From Balanoglossus misakiensis (taxonomy: Eukaryota > Animalia > Hemichordata): a DNA stretch of 64,000 nucleotides. The position numbers were made by a program, and so were the translations under genes. Shown here in pieces: positions 52,290-64,000 of the stretch. Under the pieces are notes generated by a model. It ran no database searches. It saw only the letters and a list, made by a program, of their open reading frames with translations, and was not told the DNA's origin. Every line of letters starts with the position of its first letter. Positions within the stretch are counted from its first letter, which is position 1. The stretch covers positions 1,952,902-2,016,901 of the forward strand of contig CM082585.2 of the NCBI GenBank assembly GCA_040954595.2, written 5' to 3'.

Positions 52290-54584
52290 CTGAAAGATCA
52301 AACAAAGAAAAGTGTAAACATTCAAACATTGTCATCTGTGTCAATCTACCTACATGTAACATGACTACAGGAGCTTCAGCCAAGCCAAGCTTTTCACTTG
52401 GGAGATTATTGAAATCAATTTAAAACTCAGCAACTCCAACTTCGGGTTATTTTCTCAATACTTTTGTTTTGGCGGTCACCTTTCATTGAACAATGAATGG
52501 GCAAGTGCTCGCTCACTTCTTCACTGAATTTCACTGTTTGTTTATCTTATCATAAAAAAACTTGGGCATCGCAGTCCTTTGGACAAAAATATTCATGTGT
52601 GGTGATTTAAAATCAATGTTGCAAGAAGAAGAATTAATCACAGGATTAACGGTTTCTGATTGAAAAATACTAAATGCTTAATATGCCATATGCCGTACAC
52701 AGAGTGATCACATTAGTCAATAGGACAGCTGTTCCAAAGGACTAAAATGATGGCAACGTTTTAATATTATATTTATTTTACAAAACCTTGCATCTGAGCT
52801 TTACTTTAAAGTACTTCCATTTACTAGTAGTACAAGTGCACAAACTTAATAAATATCATCTGGCATACAACTTGGTCATATCATATGTTTATCTGTACCA
52901 GTACTGAATACTGATAAACAAACAATGTAGTAACCAAATAACATTTAACAAGGTAGTGTTTGAAAGCCAAAAATATCATGCATAAGACAACAAACTCATT
53001 GTTTTGGCTCCGAAGTGTAAACAGAGGAGTCTGTCAAGTTGGGTATGAGCTACTACTTCCGTCTGTCAAACTACTTCCGTCCGTCAAGAATTCATACCAT
53101 TTTCTAGTAGGGGTGTGTAGCTTTATGTTTTTGGCGGTGGTGTGTAGCTTTGAGATGTTGAGGAAGAATTGGAACAGTGACAGAAATCGGAACGGATTAG
53201 CCAGCAGTGTTTTCACTACCCGCGAGAAAACAGTAGTGTTTGGCGAGACGATTTTCATACAAATTGGTCAAACTTGTGAAGAACTGCTATCTAACATCGT
53301 CATTTGTTTTGCCATGATCAACTTGCCACGATCAGTGCACTACAATGCGTGAAATTGGACCGCTGTTCTGTTCATTGATCATCACCCCCCCCCCTGTATC
53401 ATGAACATTGTAAGGCAATACATTGAATTCAGCTCTTCCAGCTAGTGGCCGCACTCGCTTGATTTCCTGTGTGTGTCTCTGGGGACACAAATAATGCATA
53501 TGCGTCTTTTTCTAATTTGCATATTTTGAATTGGTTAGGTGTGCCTTGACTTGAACGCGTCAAGCGTACAGGTTGTTATGGAAGTTTCTTTTTAGAACGA
53601 CTAGTGTTAGTCTGTGGGCCCAACCAGCAAAAATAAGTTCTAGAAATGTCATTATGTTGTATAAGAGTTTTGTTCTACATGAAATTAGCTGGAAATGACA
53701 GGTGGGAAACTATTGATGTGAAATCAGGTCACTTCTACCGAAAATGATGGACCAGAGAGCAATGACTTTTTAAAATTATTTCATATACTATGTTCACAAC
53801 TGCTATGCTCCCATAAACTGGGGAAACTAAATGATTGAACTTTCTGTTTGAACAATTCATGTATTTTTTTGCTAACACCTACACTACTATAGTCAGCACA
53901 TGACATTACCTATATACTTGAAAATGGAGAACTTTTTATCAAAACACTTAAGCTGATCTTGAATGCTGTCTGATATTTTTTTTCAAAATATATTTCTTTC
54001 ACGTTTAGACTAGTGCTTCTACTTGCACTGTTTTTTTTTCAAAACACATTTCTCATAGCTTGCACTGGTGCAATTTGATACGACAATACACAATGAATTC
54101 CATCAGTATAACATAAGATACAAAATCTGAGAGGGAAATGACAGAATATATTTGTGTGAGGCCATTTGTGTGTGCGGGCCATTTTAAGACTAAATTTAAA
54201 ACAGTTATTAGAGCCATTGACAAGTGGTTTTTCCCTCTGCCAAGCACCCACCTTATCAAGCTTCATTCAATATTACATGAGCAAAACAGTTCAGCATTTC
54301 ACCTTGGTGTTTGCAAATTGTTCCTTTCACCCATATACCAAACCACTGTTCTCCAAACATGCTGCTCATCAGCCACTACACACTGAGAGAGCACCAGGTG
54401 TCCTTGACGCTATTTTTTTAAATTTCTAACTATGGAAAGTGCCTGATAACTTTTAATTATTTTCTGTTTTAACATGGTGACTGACTGTAAAGTCTGTCAC
54501 TTACAACTTCTGTAAGCGCCCTTTTGAAGCAGGAAATGCAAATCCATTGTTGACCTATCCCCTCCCCACTCAAAAAAAACTTAC

Positions 54585-54704
54585 CTAAACAATTGACATG
54601 CTCTGCACTCAGAGAGAAACCATCATCACCACAACTACAGCTGAATCCACCCTCTGCATTGAGAAAACCTCCAGCACAAACAGAATCTGAACACTCATTC
54701 ACAT
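54585..54704 (-). pseudogene. Orphan calcium-binding EGF-like exon (phase 1-1) lacking the third cysteine
   Basis: ttttcag|ATGTGAATGAGTGT...TGTTTAG|gtaagt encodes DVNECSDSVCAGGFLNAEGGFSCSCGDDGFSLSAEHVNCL. TTT stands where TGT is expected. Confidence 0.75.
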
Positions 54705-55021
54705 CTGAAAATAGAGAGAAAAAAACATCCGTTGTAATTATTCAAGTCAATACCAATCCTCCCTTCCTTTAAAAATTTCCATAAAGTGAACAAATTCACA
54801 TGGCTTTGAAATTAGTATTAACAGTGATATTTATAATATTTCTAACAGGCCTGACTTTTCTAAACTTTGAGTTTCTTTGTGGATTTGTAGAAATGATCTA
54901 CAAACTGAGCTGTCAGGTCATAACTGTTTGTGCTTTGGCATGTACACATATCCCAGTATGCCCTACATGGTTGGCAGTGAAATTGATAAAATCTTCACCT
55001 AAGATTTCAAACTCGTAGATC

Positions 55022-55428
55022 TTAATAGATTCTCACACTCCTGGCATGCTGAGAGTGTGGGATCAGAGTGTGAGAACAAATCAATCCCACACACTCACTG
55101 AATCGAAAGCTGTATATGACGCGAGCGCCGATTGGATGACAAAGCGTTTTTTAATAACGTGCGCTAAATGTTATCCAATGACACGATAAAGAAACTACAT
55201 GCCAGATGACAATTCAAGAGTCATTTATTCAATGTTTTAAGACGAATTTAGCTAATTTGTGCCCGTGTGAGAAATATAATCTCATACACAAAGGACCTAT
55301 GATCATATTTCCCACACTCGTCAGGGATATTTTGTCCCACACTCGCCTGCGGCTTGTGTGGGACATAAAATCCCCAACTCATGTCAGAATTATGACCCCT
55401 AGTCCTTGGGAGTGTGAGATTCTATTAA
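55022..55428. mobile_element. Fold-back DNA element, copy 2 (inverted relative to 5714-6135)
   Basis: TTAATAGATTCTCACACTCC...GGAGTGTGAGATTCTATTAA. Confidence 0.7.
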
Positions 55429-56389
55429 TCTCACAACCTTAGGACCTGGGATAAGATTTCTCAGATGAGTTGGTGATATTTTGGCTTGTGTTAGTCAACA
55501 TATACCTGATAAGTGTAAAAAATTGCGTCAAGGACACAGTGGTCCCATTCAGTCTACACGGAGTACATATACACAGTCAGATCGCACGGTGCTCATTTGC
55601 ATATGAAAGTTCATCAAGCGAGCGACCGTTAACTTTCAAACAGACGGCAATAGGCCAGTTTTCAAGGTGATTTTCAACTTGATTTTTACGCTCTGTTGTG
55701 CAATAAAATACCATGTTAGCTGGATAAATTACGAAAGTGATTCCCATTTTTCACTGCATACGTAAATTTTATGAAAATCTGTGGTAATAGTAAAAGTTTT
55801 TAACGTGTTTTCGGTGGTATGTTGGTGACCCCGAAAAAGACGTCCACAAACGTGTCAAAAATCATTTGAAAACGACCTCAGAAAGTAACCAAACTTTCCT
55901 GATAGAGAGGTCTAATATCGGTCCCAACATCCGTGAAAAGAAATTAATTTGAAATGCTTGCGTAACAGGAAGTGTTGCATTGATCGTGAAACGATAAGTT
56001 TACCATGGGGAAACAGTCTTTGAAAGGCAATTCTTAAGTAAAACAGTTACTGGATAATGGATAACACCCTAAGGTAACATATTAGCCAAGTTTTAACTTA
56101 ATTACTGGCCTGATTTCGACACAACATCGATCAATCGCCTACAAATGTAGGTCCCATATGGACAGAATGCCAGGTTTACCATACATGACTACGTACGTGT
56201 GAGGAGCACAGCTGGTGTATTTTTTTTTCTCCGTATCATGGCCTGGGATATAAGTAGATGTTTCGAATATGCAAAATGCCAACTGTAACTTCGAAACCAT
56301 TTCCCTTTATTCGCTGATGATATGTGCAATAAATATTTGTGTCTGAAGGCAAGCAATTTTGTTTTGACTTTTGTTGTCATCATTGCATT

Positions 56390-57110
56390 GGGCTGAACAT
56401 GACAGAGTTTGAGCTGATCAGCTGACTTCAAGTTTCGATTTGGAACATATAATTTGATCATATCAGACAGATATGATGGTCCAAGTCTATGAATGAATTC
56501 AAAAATAAGAAATAACATCTTGAAAACAATACGATCAGACACAGGTAACCAATGCAACTGAAATTGCATTGATGTAAAAGGTGATTTTGGAACTAGCAGC
56601 AATATTTTGAACTTGAATACGACTGATCTCGTACTTAGGGAGCCCAAATAAAAGTGAATTACACAAATCTATTCGAAATGCAACAAAAGCAGGAACTTTA
56701 TTGCTCTGTGGCGGCTTGAGATAAATATTTACAGACAAGTGCAATATGCTGCAAATGAAAAGCGACTGAATGGCAGATCTGTGCAATCATTGTCAGACAA
56801 TGAACAGGTTTCAGAGCATCACATGAATTTCTGTAATCCCTCTGGCAGATAGATTACCCGAAGTAGCAGAAAAAATAACAAATTCAGTCTTATCGTTATT
56901 TAAACACAAGACATTTTCAGACATCCAGTACCGCATAAAGCATTCTGGGAGCATTCTCGTTGGTAAAAGACAATGAAGAGCCATCTGCATAAAAGCTATA
57001 TACAGGCATCCATGACTAGAAACTAATTTCCCTAATGGAGAAGTGTACATATTAAAAAGTAGAGGACAAAGAAGTGATCGTTGTGTTACCGCAGTGTCAA
57101 GCGGATAAAA
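56390..57110 (-). mobile_element. Degenerate L2/CR1-group LINE RT fragment
   Basis: YTSPLG, WMSENVLCLNNDKTEFVIF, RIDLCNSLLFGLP, LHWLPVSDRIVFK and RNLKSAD appear across shifted frames. Confidence 0.85.
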
Positions 57111-60100
57111 TGGTGATTGTTTGGAACACGGTTATAGTAACCATGTCTGAAATTAACACATACACACTGGGTGCGATTGAAAAGGTATGACTGAAACCAC
57201 AACAGGGCTGCAACCCCCAAAAGACCAAATCAATTTCTTTGATGATTCATTAAATGTCATCACAGTCACCATCATTGGAATCACAATCACCATTCTTTGA
57301 ATAATCAGTTTGTTTTTCTTCCGTCCAGTTATATTCATCAGTCAGTTCGTCAAAGTCAGAATCAGTCTCGTAAATATTTCCCTCTTCTTCTCTTAAAATG
57401 TCAAATTCATGTGACTCCTGTAAAATTGCATCAATGCTATTTTCCATATTATGATGTTCAGTATCAGTGATTGGTGATGGTGATTCTAATAGTGGTGACT
57501 TATCTGTATATTTTGGGCATACCCCATACTTTTTCGATGTGGTACAGAATCCAGGATTCCCATTATGTGGATTACTGCAGTCATTACATCGACACGCAGG
57601 GCCACAACCATTGTGGGTCTTATAACATTTACAACATCTGCTATTACAAGTTGGCATCTTTTTGCAGCCACACCCTTTTGTTAGCAACTCCAAATTATTT
57701 TTCACTTTTTCTAAATTGGCATCACTGTCCTAAATAATATCAAGTTCGCCGTTGCTTAGTCTGTATCCATAATTATTGAATAAGGGAAACGTAACATGGC
57801 ACTGATCGGCCTGGGACCATAACTGAGAGACCCAGCATGATCTTTTCCAGTGCAGTTGTAGGGCTTCAAAGGAAGGGATACATTCTTCCTCATACTGGAT
57901 ACGTGGGCAAATTGTTTCTCGTATATATGTAAGCCATTTGATGTGGTTATCTTTAAGACTGTTAGTGACACTGGCTACTTGTCGATAAAGTTCAAAAGGA
58001 TGAGATGCATCAAATGCTTGGAAATGTTTCTTAACATAAACACTACCTTTTAAACGTATGAAAGCGAAAATTCCATTCCCTACACTGTCTACTGTTGTGT
58101 CTATCAGTGTTCCAGGTATAAGGGTGCCACTAGTTATAAATTCAGAGTATTGAAAAAATGTCTTGTAGAAAGATTTCCTTCCGATGCCTGCAAAGTATAG
58201 TCACAACCTGTGCATATGAACAGTGTTTGAAATATTTTGCCTAAATATTGGAGGGGAATATGTTGCAAATCAGGGTCTAAATTTAAATCTGATTTGAATT
58301 GATTCATGTCTAAATAAGTGAGATTTGATAAATCATTATCAAGTTGTACAAATATCTCCTTTTGAACATGTTGATATAGTACTGGGAGGAGAACATGATA
58401 AGTATCGGTATCAGGGGAGTAAATAACACCTTTCTTGTAAGAGGACTGAACTGCATGAAGGATGCATCTACTGTCAGCTTCTTCATGACAACTTTTGGCT
58501 TCCCACTCAGACACAATTCCATTACTACCAACGAAAAGATTCTTGTCCCTATTTTCTCCATCAAAGCCACCTGCTGTAATGAGGACCTGATCACCTTGCA
58601 GAGCCGGCACAATTATTTTTAAAGATGTGGCTGACAAGAAGTTCACTAGTTTTCTCTTGTTTGGCTTACAATTGATGTATGTTTTGAGCTAATATTATTG
58701 ATTACCTATTTTTTATGCATTTTTTTGTATTTTTCCATGTTATTAGTAAAAAGTCTTCATTTCTGAAAGTGATGGGCTTACTTCTTTGAAATTTAGCATG
58801 AAGCTTCCTAATGGTTGTCTGAGTAACCATAGTTTTGTTCAAATTGTTGCAAAATTTGCATATTTATAATTTTGAGCAATATTTGCCATTTTTGGTCAAT
58901 TTATTTTTCTTTAAAACCGCATGCCAGATTGCTTTGCAATTTGGTAGGCATGTTCGTAGGTGTAAGTCAAGTAATATGTTGTAAAAAATGTGATATTTTC
59001 ATAAATGTGTTATCGGGGAAACTTTTGCAATTTTTGTCAAAAATTGTTTTCCTGAAACTGTTTGTCATATTGCATAGAACTTTGGCAGCATGTTCCTTGT
59101 AGTGATTGAGGTAAGGTATTGTACAATTTTGTGTTTTTGCCACTTTTGAACAAATATCTTTTGTGAAACTGCTTGTTGATTGCTTTGAAATTTGTTTTTT
59201 CTCTGATTGCTTTGAAATTTGGGATATAATTTCATAACACATACATGTATATGTGCAACTTTTATTCAATTCTGATATCAGAAATATTCAATATTTAGCG
59301 AGTTTTTATGAAAGTTTCTTTGTTTTTGGTTAGCAAATCTTCTCCTTAACCAATTATCCAGTTGTTTTGAAAGTTACTGTTTACAAGGAGTCGTTACCCC
59401 CAACTTAGACATGTTTACATAACTTCAATAAGCCAGCTGTCAGAGAGACCATGGGCTATTAAATTTTTAATTACCAGTGGCAGGTCAGTGTGTGTGTGTG
59501 TGTGTGTGTGTGTCTGTCTGTCTGTCTGTTCCAGGGCTGACTGAAAGAAGTTGCTTCTCATATGTGTTTGTACAGACAATTTTTGGTCAATTTTTGGGCA
59601 TGTTCCTTGTTAATGTTTTTACATTCCATATTTCTATATCGTAAGATCATATCTGCTTGCAATGTCACCTGTAATTTTTATTCTGGTGTGTCACTGTTTC
59701 TACATAATCCTCAAATGGGACCACAGTGTCCTTGACGCTATTTTTCGCTGTGTCATCTGAAAATATATTAGTTAGCTCCCTGGCGGTATTAAGTGGTGAA
59801 AATACATCAGCACCTTCAAGACAATTGATATACAACCTGCAGTTTGACTCATTTATTTTATGTACGCTAACTGAATTATGGGTTTCATTTTGGAAAGGAA
59901 ATAACTGATCTTTTAGATTCTTGGCAGCCATAGCTCTATAGGGTAAATAAATTGCTATTCTCTCCATTAACCCACCTGTAGAAGTATGCAATGCAGCATT
60001 AACATCTTTATTGACACACATTTCATGGGCTTCATCTAGTGCTACATTAACCCAAGTTGAGCCTGACAAATTGCAAACAAAACCACCTGCTTTGAAATGT

Positions 60101-60331
60101 AACAACAGAGAGTTTGGCATCTTCAGAAGGTCAGCGAGATGTCTGGGAATTAACCTCAAGTACAGGGATCGGTCATATGCATGGAACAGTGGGTTCATTT
60201 GTTTCAAAGCCAATATTCGAAGGTTCCAATTTCCTGACCTTATTGCAATGTACAAAGACATGTATGCAAACAAATCGTCCTCTATAAATCTAACCCAAAA
60301 TTTGAAAGTTTTGTCTGTATTTGCCCTTCTG

Positions 60332-60946
60332 CACAGTACGTGAAATATCCCATGATTCATTCTGATTTGTACAATCATTTACTCAGTCAAACCAGGCAAA
60401 GTTAACATGTGTAGAGAGAATTGTACACCACTAATATAAATTTTGAGATCTTACTTTTAAGGTGAATCTTATTGTCAATTACCATTTCAAATGATTTAGA
60501 AAATTATGCATTATTGAGAGAGGAGATACGAATTTTATAAAATAATCAAGCAATTGCATAGCCAGCCATACAAAAAAGTTTGGAGTAAAACAGGGTCACT
60601 TGTAAAACCTGTTTAATCAAACAAAAAGATATTGATTTTTTCTATTGACAGAACAATGGAAATTTACATGTTAACTTTCAACAGAGACTGGCCACCTCAG
60701 TTAGTCATTGCTTGTTTCCCCTAAAGTGTGACATTTGCAGTACATTGATACTTTGATTTCTATGGCTTTTAAATTTTGATTTTGAAATTTACATTCTAAT
60801 TCCTCAACGTACTTTTCCTAGATAAAAATAAATAGATTTATATGTACTTCATATCATTGTTAGTATCTAAAACAGAAAAAGTTATTAAATGGGCAACCTT
60901 CGATGATACAAATAACGGAGACTTGTGGGTAAAATATCGTACTATG
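60332..60946. mobile_element. Non-autonomous Transib/RAG-like element (615 bp)
   Basis: 5-bp TSD TTCTG at 60327-60331 and 60947-60951. Ends CACAGTACG and CATAGTACG (reverse complement). Excision restores the Academ frame (FCDRRANTDKTFKFW). Confidence 0.75.
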
Positions 60947-61280
60947 TTCTGTCACAAAAAATCTGAAATTCCTCTTGCAAGCCAGTAAGTTGAGCCTTAA
61001 GGTCACCATTAATTTTGTCAATATGATCAGCTTTATCTTCAGTACATTCCAAACATTTTGTGACAGCTTCTAGTAAACATTTTTGGACTGTTTCTGTATC
61101 TAAGGGACAGTGCTGGGTATTATGGGTTTCACCCCTCTGATTCAAAAAGGAATTGACAAGACATCTAAACATACGTTCCCAAATTTGTGTTGGGAAGCGA
61201 TGAGTTAGCTTGAAATTTGTACACTGAACTAGGGTTTCCGAAGTTCCCCCTTTATGATTGAACCCTGCCAGATGTTTTAA

Positions 61281-62076
61281 GATGGGTCCCTAGGATCTTT
61301 TTGCTCGTTGCTATGGGCCTTTATAGGACATTACACCCCGATTTGGACTAAGCCGTTTTCAGAGTCTAACAAGGGGCTGGTAACTAGTTGAAAATCTGCA
61401 CGATTGTGAGCGCGCGCCCCCTGACGCCATTGATATGCAAATTAGCTAGGTCAAATTTCAAAAGCCTAAGGCTTTTTATTCCGTGACCTCAAAAACGAAC
61501 TTGATACGTATTCATTAGTTGCTTGAACCAGGGAAGATCGTGACGGATTTTGTTTTCGAATATTATCGTTGTATCCTACGATTTCAGCATACCCGTACCA
61601 CATCTGAAAAAGTCATCGATTTTGGGTGTTTTTGGACGCACTCTTCCACCGGTATCGCTTCTTAGCACGACGAAAACAGAAAAAAACGATCCGTCACACT
61701 GTGCGGAAGTACGTTCTCAACAAGCAGGTCAAATTTGACTGGCGTACGTGGCCTATGAAAAAAGCCTTAGGGATTTTCGTGAACGGTACAAAATCTCTGT
61801 GTACAAAACATTGGATTTTTAGCGTTCGATCCAGTTACTGTGGTTACAGGACGCGCACGCTATCGCTGACCGCTGCTTTGCCGTATTAGCGTGGCGGCCT
61901 ATGGCCGGGCGGTAGCTGCCGTAAACATACTCGGACATGGGGTGTGCACACAATCGTGCAGATTTTCAACTAGTTACCAGCCCCTTGTTAGACTCTGAAA
62001 ACGGCTTAGTCCAAATCGGGGTGTAATGTCCTATAAAGGCCCATAGCAACGAGCAAAAAGATCCCAGGGACCCATC
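61281..62076. mobile_element. Kolobok-like MITE, copy 2
   Basis: TTAA TSD at 61277-61280 and 62077-62080. ~127-bp TIRs. Excision restores the Academ reading WDADLKHLAGF. Confidence 0.93.
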
Positions 62077-62599
62077 TTAAGTCAGCATCCCAGAATATTT
62101 TCATGATGACTGGTTGGTAATTTTTTAGAGTATGCCAGTCTCCGATAAAAGGCTGCAACCAGTCTAAATCTGCACCATACATGTCTTTTAACTTTATCAG
62201 GTGATGGAAAGTTTTCCCATCACCAACCACAACCAGGTATTTTATTCTTACACCAACTCTGAATGTAACATATACAGCTTATTGATAATGTTATGGACAG
62301 TTTCAATAGAGTCTGCGTGTTCACTTGATATGCCCAAATAAATGACATTTGAGCATTCACTGTCATTACTGTTAGCAGTTGTTGCTAATGTTGATTTAAA
62401 ATCCCCAAATACTGTTTCTATATCAGCTCTGTGCATTGTATTTTTTGTAGAGCAAAAATGAATGCGTCAGAAAACAGTTCTGACCAAGCAATGGCTTCTT
62501 CTTGTTTAATGTCAAAATCTGACAGCGAAATTGATGACTGTGGTTGATGTTGTCTCAGTAGAGGTGGTTTAATTAAATACTACATCATCATGAACAGTA

Positions 62600-64000
62600 T
62601 CATATGATAAACCTGGGGGTTTTATGTGGGAGCAACAGCCTATAAAATCCCTTGGGGTTTTCTTTGGATACGATCGACTGAAATGTCTACTTTTGAAATG
62701 GGAAAAGAAAATTGAAAGGCTTAAAAGCGTGCTCAACATCTGGTCACGACGTAAGCTGAGCCTTTATGGCAAAATTACGGTTTTAAAGTCTTTGGCACTG
62801 CCCACAATTTACTACCTTATGCTTAATCTTGGTGCTTTTGAAACGTGGCTCACGAATATCAACCGTCTTATTTTCAAATTTCTGTGGAATGACAAGCCAG
62901 ACAAAATCAAAAGGCTCACACTCATTGCCCCTTATGATTGCGGGGGACTAAACATGCCTGACATTTTTGCCATCCATGACGCCTTTTGTTCATCATGGGT
63001 TCGTAGATTATGTGACAATTCCTCTGCCAAATGGAAGGCCTTGCCACTGCATTGGCTCGGGCACTATGGTCCAGATTTTCTTATTTTTCATTTCAATTTT
63101 AGCAACATTTCCTGTTTCCCATTTCTCGAGAGAATTCCCTTTTTCTATAAACAAGTAATTTCAGCTTGGCATAGTGCAAAAGGTGGTTGCGTCACTTTCT
63201 CCAAACTCAGTAATTTAGATGTGCGTAATCAAATTATCTGGGGTAATGTCAACATTTCAGATAATGGTAAGACTCTTTTTTTCCCTGGTTGGATTCACTC
63301 AAATATTATCTATGTCCAGGACATTGTCGATACCAACGGCGATTTTCTTCCACCTACACTGTTGTTACAAAAACTCGAGAATAAGTCAAATTGGATAGTT
63401 GAATGGATGAAGTTGCGGAATCTTATTCCCAGAGAATGGAAGTCTGTGTTGAAAGGTACTCAGTTGCATCAGATGCGTAGAGAAAAGAATTTTCTTCATG
63501 TCAATGGAAAAGTTTTTGTTTTACCTAATGATCTGTCTCGCCTTACTTCAAAATTTTTTACAGTATTTTTGTGCAAAATCGTTTTATTCGTCCATATTGT
63601 GAAAATACATGGAATCGTCGTTTGACCATGACTACTCCACTACAGTGGAGAACTATATGGGTTAACCAAACGACTGGATTGTGTTGTGATAGGAAACTTG
63701 CTGAATTTAACTTTAAGATTATGCATAACATTTTGCCATGTGGCATCAATCTTTTAAGATGGAAAATTAGTAAAAATGATCTATGTTGTCTTTGAAATGT
63801 AACTGATTCTTATGAGCATCTATTTTTAAAATGTCAACGTTTAGGGGATTTTTGGCAGCGTTTATCTGCTTTGCTCAGCAAACTTGGCATATGTCATGAG
63901 GTCGACTTAGAAACTATTATTCTTGGTTACAAAACTATGTACAGTCATCCTCTTTATAGATTTGTAAACATTGTCATTACCATTGCAAAGTATTGTGTAT
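62600..64000 (+). mobile_element. 5'-truncated Tx1/L1-clade LINE, ORF2 C-terminal region
   Basis: ORF 62624..63625 has KSLGVFFG, WSRRKLSLYGKITVLKSLALP, FLWNDKPDKIKR and GGLNMPD. After a frameshift come FNFKIMHNILP and a zinc-knuckle remnant CCL*NVTDSYEHLFLKC. Confidence 0.9.

Larger units (their letters stand above)
57250..62560 (-). mobile_element. AcademX DNA transposon remnant (DDE transposase, XPG/FEN-like nuclease, Cys-rich CXC finger); pseudogenised and interrupted several times
   Basis: Motifs in order: VGDGKTF...PFIGDWHTLKN, IRSGNWNLR, VALDEAHEM, CHEEADSR...YSPDTD...TGCDY, GCGCKK..CNSRCCKC..CGPACRCNDCSN. This domain order is characteristic of AcademX. Confidence 0.85.

Noticed and set aside
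60332-60946. Intron of the Academ gene, or true V(D)J RSS pair
   Set aside because: No GT donor at the boundary and a clear TSD. No ACAAAAACC nonamer, no 12/23 spacing and no Ig segments.

Overview
Eukaryotic (animal) AT-rich DNA. The repeat repertoire suggests a marine invertebrate deuterostome such as a hemichordate; this is inference only. The window is almost entirely nested mobile DNA and satellites. From left to right: (1) the 5' end of a Gypsy LTR retrotransposon (LTR, tRNA-Ser PBS, gag-protease-RT start) lying downstream of exon 10 of (2) a near-intact 10-exon Kolobok transposase gene with its TTAA terminus at 8211; (3) Kolobok-type MITEs, a tRNA-derived SINE and fold-back elements; (4) an 11-kb ~192-196-bp satellite bracketed by ~650-bp direct repeats; (5) a 15-kb ~900-bp macro-array with 116-bp sub-arrays and nested Helentron-like (HINE/DINE-type) elements; (6) orphan, damaged exons (two Gln-rich, one EGF-like); (7) an L2-type LINE fragment, a disrupted AcademX transposon and a 5'-truncated Tx1/L1-like LINE. 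The most notable small feature is a 615-bp insertion in the Academ ORF with a 5-bp TSD and bipartite CACAGTA-heptamer ends, a Transib/RAG-like signature. No intact host gene and no prokaryotic system is seen. All calls were made by eye, without database searches.
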